NCBI GenBank assembly: GCA_963754595.1
Contig: CAVWGO010000002.1
Location: 283,579 to 347,578 of the forward strand
Reading direction: 5' to 3'
Origin: an uncultured Acidobacteriaceae bacterium
Lineage (GTDB): Bacteria > Acidobacteriota > Terriglobia > Bryobacterales > Bryobacteraceae
Length of the DNA stretch: 64,000 nt
Positions within the stretch are counted from its first letter, which is position 1, and every line of letters starts with the position of its first letter. Below are positions 1 through 9,519 of the stretch, piece after piece. The translations under genes were made by a program, and so were the position numbers. The notes below the pieces were generated by a model, which was not told the DNA's origin, made no database searches, and was given only the letters and a program-made list of their open reading frames with translations.

Positions 1-1
1 A

Positions 2-169
2 CCGGAGGGGAACTTAATGGCACTGGATTCTAAAACGGGAAAAGCGTTGTGGAGGTTCGGAGCGGGCGCCACAATTCCGTCCTCCCCAATGAGCTATTCG
101 GTGGAAGGCAAGCAGTACGTGGCGGTTTCATCGGCGAACGTCCTCTATACGTTTGCGTTGCCCGACTGA
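2..169 (+). CDS. PQQ-dependent dehydrogenase (beta-propeller quinoprotein), C-terminal end only; gene starts outside the window
   Basis: Frame 2 reads PEGNLMALDSKTGKALWRFGAGATIPSSPMSYSVEGKQYVAVSSANVLYTFALPD*. The LxALDxxTGKxLWxF ... GKQYVAV pattern is typical of the last propeller blade of PQQ dehydrogenases. Confidence 0.6.
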   Translation, partial: PEGNLMALDSKTGKALWRFGAGATIPSSPMSYSVEGKQYVAVSSANVLYTFALPD

Positions 170-256
170 TTTCATCGACCCTTTAAGTATGTCCCGCTGA
201 CGTGCCGGATTGGTGCGTCAATCCCGCCAATTGTGAAAAACGCTGCAGGTTGTTCG

Positions 257-303
257 AGGCGCGGAGCGGATTCGAACCGCTGAATGAAGGTTTTGCAGAC
301 CAT
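257..303 (-). tRNA. tRNA-Cys(GCA) 3' half only (anticodon arm to discriminator); no matching 5' half, no CCA
   Basis: Minus strand reads ATGGT-CTGCAAA-ACCTT (anticodon loop CU-GCA-AA), CATTC, AGCGG-TTCGAAT-CCGCT (canonical T arm), CCGCGCC, then U discriminator as in tRNA-Cys. The expected 5' acceptor strand GGCGCGG and a D arm are absent upstream. Confidence 0.55.
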
Positions 304-1176
304 CTTGCAATTTGCAGAAGTCTTTCCTCTGCGATGTTTCTCACGGAAGTGGACGCCGTAGCCCACTTCAAGTCACACTTCGATGACGGTCAGCCATGTC
401 CTTGAGACCGCTTCCTCACACCGGTCAGGAACCGACAAGGTGGGTGAGCCAAACGATGTCGATCAAGGTGGCTTGTGCGAATGGCTTACATCGCAGATAA
501 GTGCGTTTTACGGGGGTGCGGATAGATCTGATCTGAGAATCGTTCCGCGCGGACCGTCATTCATTCGTTCATAACGTCCGACCCTGGTTCGAAATGAATC
601 CAAAGTCAACATAGTGGGCCCTTCCCGGATTGATTGGCGACCAGTTAGTGCTGTCGATGAAGCGTTGGCCTTTGAGGGTCTCCAAATCGAATTCCCAGGT
701 GTGGGACCAGCGCAGATTTATCCGATAAGAAGTAGCTGACGGGCTTTCCGTCTAAGCGGAGGCGTTCGACGGTGCATTCCACCTTCTCAGCACCTATGTA
801 TCCATCATTCCTGACCTACAGCCGGAGGAAGACTCCCCTGCCTTTTCTTCGGACTTCGAGAGCGGGGTAGGAACCGGACAAGATCGGGGAGCGGAGCTTT
901 TCGGGGAAGGAGCGAAGCGGGAGGGGATCTCCCGAAACCGGAGGCCCCTGTTCTTGCGGGCGCGAGGGCAGAGCCATTAAGCGTTGGGTTCTTGAAAGTT
1001 TGATGACTCGATCATCACCTCCAAATCAGAAACAACGCGGTCACTAAACCGCGCGCGCCATCAGGGCGGATTGACCCGTATCAGCTTGGATTCTCCGGGA
1101 CAACTGGTACCTAATCTTTCCATGGTCCGCACCATCGCTCTCTGCCTACTAGCGGGCCCTCCTAGGAGCCGTCTGT

Positions 1177-1595
1177 ATGGCACAAACACCCAGGACGCCA
1201 AACGTTGAGGAGCAACGGACCGCCATGAAGAGATTGGAATTCCTTGTTGGCGACTGGTCGGCGATGCCACCGTTCTGCGGGGACCTGGTCAATTTGTCGA
1301 GATGGCGCAGACCGATTCGGCGCAGTTCAAGCTGGAAGGACTTATGCTGATGATCGAAGGTGTTGGTCGAACCAAGACCGACGGGAGTGTCTCGCTTCAA
1401 GCCCTCGGATTGATTTCCTTCGACGAGGAACTCTATGAGATGAGAGCCTTCAACGATGGACGGTGGCTTGAAACCGAGGTCAAATCGGCCGATGGAGAGA
1501 ATTAGACCTCGTGGGGCTTTGCACTCGACGCATTCAAGACCGCCACCGTGCTGCGGATCAGTGAACACGGTGAATGGACCGAGGATGGGAATTGA
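1177..1595 (+). pseudogene. small DUF1579-like protein gene, disrupted (one frameshift near 1258-1262 and an in-frame TAG at 1503)
   Basis: AGGAG RBS 8 nt before ATG 1177. It reads MAQTPRTPNVEEQRTAMKRLEFLVGDWS, then the sense continues in another frame (..GPGQFVEMAQTDSAQFKLEGLMLMIEGVGRTKTDGSVSLQALGLISFDEELYEMRAFNDGRWLETEVKSADGEN). After the TAG it still looks coding (TSWGFALDAFKTATVLRISEHGEWTEDGN*). Family assignment is from memory. Confidence 0.4.
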
Positions 1596-1987
1596 TCATC
1601 GGCGACCGCCCGCCGCAGAAAATGATGGACTTGAAAGTTCGGCGCACCTCCCATTAGCGAATAGCTGGCCCTTATCGCCGAGCGATTTGGCAGGAGCAAA
1701 GGCCGCATTCTCATCATCACTGCGCCGTCACTCACGGCCTAACCGACAAAGTCACAGAACGAACGAAGCTTTCCAGAACCAGACTTCTAGCCCACTTGAT
1801 GCACGGCCAGTCTGGCGGACGAGATTGCGCGCTGCGGATTATCCGTGACCAACGCCGCCCAGCGCCGAATTGGATCGCAAAAAACATTCTGGCCGGCCGC
1901 AGATTTGCCATAGCTTACACTCAAGCGACGTGCTCAACCGGGGCTATGCCTACGTAACAACGATCATCATCTCTGGATTCGAGTGAT

Positions 1988-3268
1988 CTACAACTTCTCC
2001 GAAGGGGCTTTGGGGACAACACAATCAGCGTCGGCGGCGACCCCGGAGGCTTTTTGTCGTTCTCGGCTTTGGCCCGTAGCCGACTGCTGACTGGTCCTCA
2101 TGGAAGCCAAAAATGCATCCACATCGGCCACGAGCCCGATGGGCCGCGGTAATGACGGCAGTTCGCGATATTGCACCTGAATTCCCAGCGTGCGCTCATA
2201 CTTGCGCAGCTCGGAGCGTTCGAGCGGCGTCACAAAGGTCCAGGAGGCACCTCGCGCGCCGGCGCGGCCCGTCCGTCCGACGCGATGAATGAAGTATTCG
2301 GCCTCCTGCGGCAAATCGTAGTTCACGACATGGGCGATGTCATCGACATGAATGCCGCGCGCCGCCACGTCGGTGGCGACGAGTATACGGCAAACACCAT
2401 CCTTGAAGTCCTGCAACGCTTTGTTCCGCTGGCCCTGTGAGCGGTCGCCGTGGATCGAGTGCACCTTATGTTTTCCTCGTTCCAGAAATTTAGTGAGCCT
2501 GTCGGCGCCCTCTTTGGTGGCCACGAACACGAGGAAAGAACCCTTCTCGTTCTTCAGGAGATGCTCGAGGAGATCAAACTTCGAGCCCTGAGCGACCTCG
2601 TAGCAGAAGAGATCGATCCGACCGGCCGTTTGTACACACGCCTCCACCGCGATTCGCACTGGATTGTGCACGTAGCTTGCAACCAGCCCCGCCACAGATT
2701 GCTCCATCGTCGCTGAGAAAAGCATGGTGTGGCGTTTCGCCGGAAGCTTATCGAGGATGATCCGTAATGAGGGCAGGAAGCCCATGTCGAGCATCCGATC
2801 GGCCTCGTCGAGAACCAAAGTGGCGGCGCCGGAAAGATTGATCAGCCCCCGGTCCAGATAGTCGCAGAGACGGCCCGGCGTCGAGATCACCACCTCGGCC
2901 CCAGCCTGGATATCGCGCAACTGGTTACTTTCGCTCATGCCGCCTACAACCACGGCGGTGCGGATGTGCATCCCGTGGGCGAGCTGGCGAAATGCGGCAT
3001 CGATCTGAATGGCAAGTTCGCGTGTGGGGCTGAGGATCAGGACCTTTATTGCTTTCGTGCGAGGAACAGCGGCGAGAGCTTCAATCACCGGAATCGAGAA
3101 CGCCAGAGTCTTGCCTGTGCCAGTCTGCGCGGTCGCGACGACGTCGCGGCCTTGCAGGAGAGGCGGGATCGCCTCCGCCTGGACGGGTGTTGGAGTGACG
3201 AATTCGTTTTTATCGAGGTTGTGCTGCAACGCGGAGCAAAGATTGAGCTCGGAAAAATGCTGCATCAA
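1988..3268 (-). CDS. DEAD-box ATP-dependent RNA helicase (RhlE-like)
   Basis: 426-aa ORF with Q-motif PTPVQ, Walker A AQTGTGKT, DEAD box VLDEADRM, SAT, VATDVAARGIH and HRVGRTGRAG. Confidence 0.95.
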   Translation of the reverse strand: MMQHFSELNLCSALQHNLDKNEFVTPTPVQAEAIPPLLQGRDVVATAQTGTGKTLAFSIPVIEALAAVPRTKAIKVLILSPTRELAIQIDAAFRQLAHGMHIRTAVVVGGMSESNQLRDIQAGAEVVISTPGRLCDYLDRGLINLSGAATLVLDEADRMLDMGFLPSLRIILDKLPAKRHTMLFSATMEQSVAGLVASYVHNPVRIAVEACVQTAGRIDLFCYEVAQGSKFDLLEHLLKNEKGSFLVFVATKEGADRLTKFLERGKHKVHSIHGDRSQGQRNKALQDFKDGVCRILVATDVAARGIHVDDIAHVVNYDLPQEAEYFIHRVGRTGRAGARGASWTFVTPLERSELRKYERTLGIQVQYRELPSLPRPIGLVADVDAFLASMRTSQQSATGQSRERQKASGVAADADCVVPKAPSEKL

Positions 3269-3775
3269 TTATTGGTCGGTTCCAGAACGTTCAACCTTCA
3301 AGATAGCAACCGTAGGCTCGAAACGCAGCGTTCGCCGGACAGACCATGTAGGATCGAGTGCGCACTCTGGAAACTCCCAGGATAACGGCCTTGTGGGAAA
3401 ACTTATCCGGGTCCCCAACTATCAAGTAATCGTTCGAATCTTGCCTGAGGTGGGTTACTCGCCACATCGCCGTCAGGAGCGAGTAATCCTGACTAGGGTA
3501 ACGAAGCCCGGCATCTTGAAGGCGCTAACAAGAATTTGCGAGTTCGTCGCTGCAGTGATCCGCCGAACGAGTTAGCGCCTTTTGCCGTCACGATTACGCT
3601 GACCCCTCGAACCTGATCACGAACCGGCTCGATAGGCTATAACGACGTGTCCTGGTGCAACTTGCCAAGTCTGTGGCAAGGGCTCCGAGCTGATTCAAAT
3701 ACGAATACGCGCGCCGAAGAATCAGCTGACACCGATCCCGCCAGTAGGCTGGACTCATCGGGAGTTGATCAATAC

Positions 3776-3802
3776 GGCGGGCCTTGTGCAGACCCGCCTT
3801 TT
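3776..3802 (+). terminator. intrinsic terminator, plus-strand polarity
   Basis: GGCGGG-cttgtgcagac-CCCGCC followed by TTTT. The U-tract exists only on the plus strand. It sits 5 nt from the stop of the convergent minus-strand dehydrogenase gene. Confidence 0.45.
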
Positions 3803-3807
3803 CGGGC

Positions 3808-5238
3808 CTACCGGTCAGGCCTGGCGATTCTCATGACTTTGCCGGTCCCATCGCCGAATATTCCCGAGCCGTTCCCTAATAAGTACAACTCGCCTCGGGC
3901 GTCCTCACCGAATCCGAACACAGCTAATCCAGGTGTATCCAAATATTCGACTTCACGTCCAGAGGCGTCCAGCGTGAACACGTGACCGAGTGGTTTAGCG
4001 AACGCGCTCGAGTAATCTCCGAAGATATAGCGGCCGCGCAGCCCCCGCAGATCGTGGCCTCGGTAGACGAAGCCTCCAACGATCGCAATGCGCTGAGAAA
4101 CTCCAGCGTCTTTGTGGTCATATTCGGCAATAGGATCAATGAGCTCGCTGGGAGTTCCCGGGCTGTTCGCGTAAACGAAGCCCGTTCCGGCGGTATCAAC
4201 GGAAAAGAGGAAGGTGCCTTCCTTGATCGGCCAGCCGTAGTTGCGGCCCTTCTCCACCGCGTCGATTTCTTCGATGTCGTTCTGTCCTACATCGGCGGCC
4301 AACAATTTACCGCTGCGCGAATCGAAGGACATACGATAAACGTTTCTGAAGCCGTACGCCCACACTTCGCCCGGTGCTGTGCCCATGCCCACAAACGGAT
4401 TGTCAGGGGGAATCCCGTACTGACCATTGGCCGAGTTCCGACCCAGGGGATTGATGCGTAAGATTTTGCCAAGCACATTGCCTGGGGTGAGGCTCTGGGC
4501 ATTACCGCCGGGGACATGGCCGACACCTTGGTCGTTTGCGTTTCCGCCATCACCGGTTGAGATGTAGAGCATGTTGTCGGGGCCGAATGTCAGGGTGCCG
4601 CCATTGTGATTGAACTGCGGTTTGTCGATTCGCATCAGTTCACGAGCGCTCGACATATCGACAACGAGAGCCTCGTCGTCGTTCCTGTCCATATCCCGCC
4701 TTTCCATGTCGCCATCGCCATCTCTGTCTCGATCCACGTTCATGACGCGCCATTCTGTGAGTACGTTTTGGCAATTGGGCGCAACGCCTGGCGGCATCGT
4801 GCTGAAATCAGTTTTGCTGGCAACGGGCTGAGATGAGTATGTGTAGAAGAGGCCATTTCTGCGGAAGTTCGGGTGGAAGGCCATGCCCAGCAGTCCCCGT
4901 TCGTCGTAGCCGCCGAAGATGCCCAGTTTGACAAGCCTGCTGCTTATGTCCAAAAACAGGCGCTTGTTTCCAATATGATCGTCATCGATGTCGATGACCC
5001 AAATCTTGCCGCTCGCGTCGATCACATATAAGTGGTCATCGTCCCCCGGCGCGGAGGTGCCCCAGACGGGCACTGACAGGCCCGAGGCCACTTCTTCTAG
5101 CCTGATTGCTTTGTTGCTTTGCCCAGGCGCGGGTAAGGGGTCGGCGAGCGGCGTGTGAGTTTGGCCGAGGCATGCGAGCCCGCTACTTACGGCCAATGCC
5201 GAGAGCCACGTGCCTCTCGAGTGAAAAATCTTTTTCAT
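3808..5238 (-). CDS. PQQ-dependent soluble sugar (glucose/sorbosone) dehydrogenase family, secreted
   Basis: HNGGTLTFGPDNMLYISTGDGGNANDQG, GKILRINP, WAYGFRNVYRMSFD, GQNDIEEID..GRNYGWP. I prefer the start at MKKIFHS (5238), which has an AAGGA RBS and a signal peptide, over the longer ORF to 5292. Confidence 0.88.
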   Translation of the reverse strand: MKKIFHSRGTWLSALAVSSGLACLGQTHTPLADPLPAPGQSNKAIRLEEVASGLSVPVWGTSAPGDDDHLYVIDASGKIWVIDIDDDHIGNKRLFLDISSRLVKLGIFGGYDERGLLGMAFHPNFRRNGLFYTYSSQPVASKTDFSTMPPGVAPNCQNVLTEWRVMNVDRDRDGDGDMERRDMDRNDDEALVVDMSSARELMRIDKPQFNHNGGTLTFGPDNMLYISTGDGGNANDQGVGHVPGGNAQSLTPGNVLGKILRINPLGRNSANGQYGIPPDNPFVGMGTAPGEVWAYGFRNVYRMSFDSRSGKLLAADVGQNDIEEIDAVEKGRNYGWPIKEGTFLFSVDTAGTGFVYANSPGTPSELIDPIAEYDHKDAGVSQRIAIVGGFVYRGHDLRGLRGRYIFGDYSSAFAKPLGHVFTLDASGREVEYLDTPGLAVFGFGEDARGELYLLGNGSGIFGDGTGKVMRIARPDR

Positions 5239-6516
5239 AGTAGTCCTTTTTTGCAGTCTGATTCGGCGGATTCGCAACCCCGCCAATGGCAAGGTTATGT
5301 CGACTTAGAGCGCTGGATGTTAAGGGGTTGTAAAAGCTTTGCTAAGAGTGACTATGGGGAGGAGCGAGGGATTCCGACGTCATCCGGTACCATTGCCTGA
5401 AACGGCATCAGACACAACACGTGGTCTCTCGCCCAGTGTTGTTTCTCGCCGCCAACGATAACTGCGGAATTACGAACAAAGTTACCTGGTTGTCGCGGGC
5501 GTCAGTGAATCCGGACTCCTCAAGTTTGCGAGGGCACACGCCACAGACATAGCTTCCGCGTCGGGATCGGACTCGGAATTCTCATGTGATGAAACATGCA
5601 CGATCGTTGGGAGGTGCAAACACGACGCTCCGCGGTAGTCCGGCAGTGTTTAGGTATCGACCCGGACAGTAGCTTCCGAGTTGCGCAGGGATCACGCGCG
5701 ATTCGGACACAATATACGGTACTGGACGAAAGTTCGGTGTCAGACAAGTGCAATGCCGTTCTTCAGCGGTGAGTCTCCGAGAACCGGGTATCTGATGCAC
5801 CATCCGACGCGGTCGCGGTTATCGATCCCGTCGCGGACAACACAAGATTCACCTCGGAGGCTAAAACCTTGGCCCTTACTCTCGACTACCCTTTTCGAAA
5901 CCAAGCCGGTTGGCAGCCTTGTACGCGTCGCGCCTCGTTCGCCCAGAACCTGTCGATCACAGACTTTGCGGTCTGGCCGTAAGACGAGGACTCTCCCGGC
6001 GAGGTGCGCATTTAGCGGAACTGCCGTGTTCCGCGCTGGGTTAGACCCGGCAAACCAGATATCGAGAAGCCTTTGGAGGCGTGACTCTTAGAGAGTGTTG
6101 GCTGAGGCAGCCCCGCAAGGCGCCGCCGCGAAGAGCGCCATCATCGCCTCCGGGAAGCGCGCAGGCACAACCTTAAACGTATGCACCGATCGGAAGCCAA
6201 GTTCGGGAACTTCTCGGGAAGAACTCCAGTCATCATCACCGAGTGGATTTCCGGAGCGTATTCTGTGACGCCGATGCGCCGAAATCCACCGTGCAATTCC
6301 CTCGGTACCTGCAGGAACATGGAATTGGTCTTGAGGTGGGTGCTTGGGAATGGACTTCAGGAGGCTCGGCTGGCATCTGCACGGACTTTCCTTCGCCCAA
6401 AGTCTCCAGCTTGATTGGCCTCTCGTCCCACCAGAAGGGCTACGGCATTTGAAAAGTGGTTGACTCCTGTTAGTCCACGGGCGTACCTCCAACAACTCCT
6501 AAGGAGACAGAAGCTG

Positions 6517-7197
6517 TTATTGCTTTGAGGCACTAGATCGGCCGGATCGCTTAGAGAGTGCACTCTTCGGCAATCGCGGAACGGTCTGAACGCCCGCCCA
6601 AAGCGTGGCGATCGTTTGCTCTACCACGAGAGTCTGGTCAGGCAGGTCAGGCACAACCCCTTGGATGACCATGAGTGTGGCGAGACCAAAGATCGAAAAC
6701 CACCAGGTGTGAGCTACCACTATGTCATCCCTGTTTGGCAATCCTTCTTCTTTGGCAACATCGAAAAAGAGCTGCACGAAACGTCCGAACAACGGCGCGC
6801 CAATGTCGTTGATATATTGTCCAGCGCGGACGCCGTTGCGGTTCTCAGGCCCGAAGAAGACGTTACGAAACTGTTGCGGATGGGCAATGCAGAATTGAAT
6901 CAAGCCGCGTGAAGTCGCAAAAAGACGCTCTTTCGGTGCAAGATGTTTAGCGGCAATCGCGTCGAAGTTCTGAACCATCAGCCCGATCGTCTCGCGGCTC
7001 AACTCAACAAGAATGTGCCACTTGTCGGGAAAATGCTGATAGATCACGGCGTGCGTATAGCCGATCTCTTTAGCAATCTCACGAAGCGTCACGGCTTCGT
7101 AGCCGCGATCGGCAAACATTTTGCTGGCAGCCGCAAGGATTTCGCCCCGCAACCTCTCCTTGCGCTCTACCCGTCGACTTGGTGATGTGGATGTCAC
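6517..7197 (-). CDS. TetR/AcrR family transcriptional regulator
   Basis: N-terminal HTH EILAAASKMFADRGYEAVTLREIAKEIGYTHAVIYQHFPDKWHIL. Divergent from the NmrA-like gene. Confidence 0.9.
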   Translation of the reverse strand: MTSTSPSRRVERKERLRGEILAAASKMFADRGYEAVTLREIAKEIGYTHAVIYQHFPDKWHILVELSRETIGLMVQNFDAIAAKHLAPKERLFATSRGLIQFCIAHPQQFRNVFFGPENRNGVRAGQYINDIGAPLFGRFVQLFFDVAKEEGLPNRDDIVVAHTWWFSIFGLATLMVIQGVVPDLPDQTLVVEQTIATLWAGVQTVPRLPKSALSKRSGRSSASKQ

Positions 7198-7247
7198 TTC
7201 AATAGCTTAGTCCGTTTTGAGGCTTGTTGCGACCGAATGTTGATTTA

Positions 7248-7292
7248 TAACCATCGGTAAAAAACCGCCGCTTAATTTGCAACCAATGGTTA
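7248..7292. promoter_or_regulatory. candidate TetR operator: inverted repeat TAACCATCGG ... CCAATGGTTA in the TetR/NmrA divergent intergenic region
   Basis: The arms match 9 of 10 as reverse complements. The right arm lies within the perfect small palindrome AACCA-A-TGGTT (7281-7291). Confidence 0.3.
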
Positions 7293-7355
7293 GTATGCGC
7301 CTCTAATGGTCAGGTCGCTCATTTAGATGGGTGGCCAAACAAGGAGAAAACGAGC

Positions 7356-8228
7356 ATGTATTTAGTCATGGGCATTACTGGAAATGTTGGGGGCGCCACC
7401 GCGCGGCATCTGCTGAAACAAGGCAAAGAGGTGCGCGCACTTGTGCGCGATCGCGAGAAAGCGGCGAAGTGGGCAGACCAAGGCGTGGAGCTGGTCGATG
7501 GAGACTGGAACGATGCGACAGCGATAGCGGCTGCGCTCAAAAGTGTCGAGGGCGCGTTTGTTATGTTGCCGGCGGTATGGGCACCCTCGCCTGATTACAG
7601 AGAAGCAAAGGGCGTGATTGCGAACTATGTGGAGGCGCTGACTAAGGTAGTGCCGCCGCGGGTGGTAGCGCTCTCGTCGATGGGCGCGGATAGAACAAGC
7701 GGGGTGGGGATGATCACGGCCTTATCACTCTTTGAGCAAGGCTTTCGCAGCCTGCCATCTCCGGTCGCATTTGTGCGCGCAGGCGGCTTTTTCGAAAACT
7801 TTCTTTTCGGCTTACAGGCCGCCCAAGGCGGAACACTACCGGTCTTCTACAATCCTACAAGCCGGAAATCGACAATGGTCGCCTCAGATGACATCGGCGC
7901 AGAGGTGGCAACGCTTCTGACCGGGGCGGCGTGGTCAGGGCATCGCGTCATCGAGCTGGGTTCGATGATCAGCGCGGATGAAGTGGCCGGACAATTGGGT
8001 GAAGTCCTCACGCGCGACGTAAAAGCCTTTGCAGTCCCGCGTGCAGGGTGGGCGGAAGCGTTCCAGCAGTTTGGTGTCCCGAAGGGCCACACTGGACCTG
8101 CCGAAGAAATGTTTGAGAGCGTTAACGCGGGATGGATGGACCTCGGAATCAAGGGTACGGAGCACGTAGCGGGTAAGACCTCCGCACGCGATGTGTTTGC
8201 GGCTGCACAGAACGCCGTCAAGGCGTAA
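7356..8228 (+). CDS. NmrA-family NAD(P)-binding protein
   Basis: N-terminal Rossmann MYLVMGITGNVGGATARHLLKQGKEVRALVRD. AAGGAG RBS upstream. 290 aa. Confidence 0.85.
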   Translation: MYLVMGITGNVGGATARHLLKQGKEVRALVRDREKAAKWADQGVELVDGDWNDATAIAAALKSVEGAFVMLPAVWAPSPDYREAKGVIANYVEALTKVVPPRVVALSSMGADRTSGVGMITALSLFEQGFRSLPSPVAFVRAGGFFENFLFGLQAAQGGTLPVFYNPTSRKSTMVASDDIGAEVATLLTGAAWSGHRVIELGSMISADEVAGQLGEVLTRDVKAFAVPRAGWAEAFQQFGVPKGHTGPAEEMFESVNAGWMDLGIKGTEHVAGKTSARDVFAAAQNAVKA

Positions 8229-8480
8229 GTCCGGAGCCAGCTGAATCGCTCGCAGGCGAGCACCGATACGCCGGGAGCAGACATGATCGAGGGCGATGCT
8301 CGTGACGAGCGCACCCTCACCTGTTCTCCTCTGGTGACGGGTGCAGAAAGCCCTCGTTTTATGCACAACCCGGAGGCCCTCTCGCCCATGCAGCGCCTTG
8401 ATTTCCGTCCGTACAAGAACCGACTCATTCCAGAGCGGTTCCAACCACTCAAACCGCAAGAAAGAAGGGTCGCTTTAAAT

Positions 8481-8900
8481 ATGAACGCTGAACACACAAT
8501 AGATAAACCCGCGCGGGCAGGTCGAGCAACTCAAATTGCCGCGATGGTAATAACCGGCCTTGTCGCCTTCGTCTGGGCGTACTTCGGAAGGTTATATCTA
8601 ATTCGCGATCCCGACGAATGGAGGATCGCCAATCAGCAGCTCGGATACCCGCTCTATATCATTCCTCTGATTGGCGTGACCCACATCCTTGGTGGCGTGG
8701 GCCTTCTGATTCCCAATGTGCCTCGATTGACTGAGTGGGCTTATGCTGGTCTCGCGATCAATCTTTTACTCGCGTTCTATTCACAACTGAATGGCGGTGG
8801 CAGTACTTGGGATAAATTTGATCCGATTCTCGTCATGGCGTTCGTCTTTGCTTCGTATGTATTAAGACGCTGCATGCGCGCAAACAGGTGGTCGATATGA
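8481..8900 (+). CDS. DoxX-like small integral membrane protein
   Basis: Four hydrophobic helices (IAAMVITGLVAFVWAYF, LYIIPLIGVTHILGGVGLLI, WAYAGLAINLLLAFY, ILVMAFVFASYVL). The start is taken at MNAEH because the upstream part of the ORF (from 8283) is not protein-like. Confidence 0.55.
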   Translation: MNAEHTIDKPARAGRATQIAAMVITGLVAFVWAYFGRLYLIRDPDEWRIANQQLGYPLYIIPLIGVTHILGGVGLLIPNVPRLTEWAYAGLAINLLLAFYSQLNGGGSTWDKFDPILVMAFVFASYVLRRCMRANRWSI

Positions 8901-9519
8901 AGAACACGCTCGGGCGGGCAGTTTCTGCGAGCTTCTGACTGTTGCTCAAGCCGGAGTCACAGCGGTCGGCGATGTGAGAACCGCCTCTGTGAAACGTCTA
9001 GCTTCGGCGGTGGACGAAATCCTTCTTCATTTCGGACCTCCACCGCTACTTGGCGCTTCAGCATGACGCGCTAGTGGCTCACGGCTAGTCAGACTGCGGC
9101 ACGCTCTTGCATCGGGAACTCTGTGTCGGACTAGAAGATGCGGTGCTCATCGGGAAATCAGTACACCAGAGCTGTAACTAGGGCAAAACAGGAAAGAGGG
9201 ACAATGTATGGATCGAAGGCAAGTACTTAGAGCCCAAATTCTGGAATGGCGGCGGATCACCTAAGGGTTGAAACCAAATTCTAGAGTCTGATGAAAATCG
9301 CCCGTCGCGGAGCATGCGTGTCACGGAACCACATCACGAAACAGACTTGGCGCTGGCGCCGAGCATCGCTGAGTGTGAAGTGGTCTTGGCGATTTCCAAG
9401 ATCCCAAGAAAGCGGCCCTGGTTCAAACGAGTGTTGCCAAACCGCCCTGAAGGAAGAGCTCAATAAATCGAGAATATTCGGAGGATCGCCTGCAAGAGAT
9501 TATTGACACGATTCCTGCG

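Noticed and set aside
400-445. A GACCGG..GAGGAAGCGGTC hairpin on the minus strand that loosely recalls the SRP RNA domain IV motif.
   Set aside because: The conserved GGAA tetraloop and symmetric-loop sequence (AGGUCCGGAAGGAAGCAGC) is not present, and no flanking long helix is evident.
250-640. Possible tmRNA (ssrA) on the minus strand. The hints were a T-arm plus acceptor-like 3' end, several hairpins, and a GGATTCATTTCGAAC segment resembling the tmRNA 5' region. smpB is also in the window.
   Set aside because: No 5' strand (GGGG-type or GGCGCGG) pairs with the 3' acceptor, no CCA is present, and no plausible tag reading frame ends in an Ala-Ala stop. The 3' part is fully explained as a tRNA-Cys half with a CUGCAAA anticodon loop.
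9484-9487. The GATC at 9484-9487, considered as the site of the frame break upstream of the PAS module, which would extend the GATC frameshift pattern.
   Set aside because: Reading across it gives the less plausible linker ..NKSRIFGGCLQEIID. The sensible junction (..NKS / EYSEDRLQEIID) puts the break about 15 nt upstream, away from the GATC.
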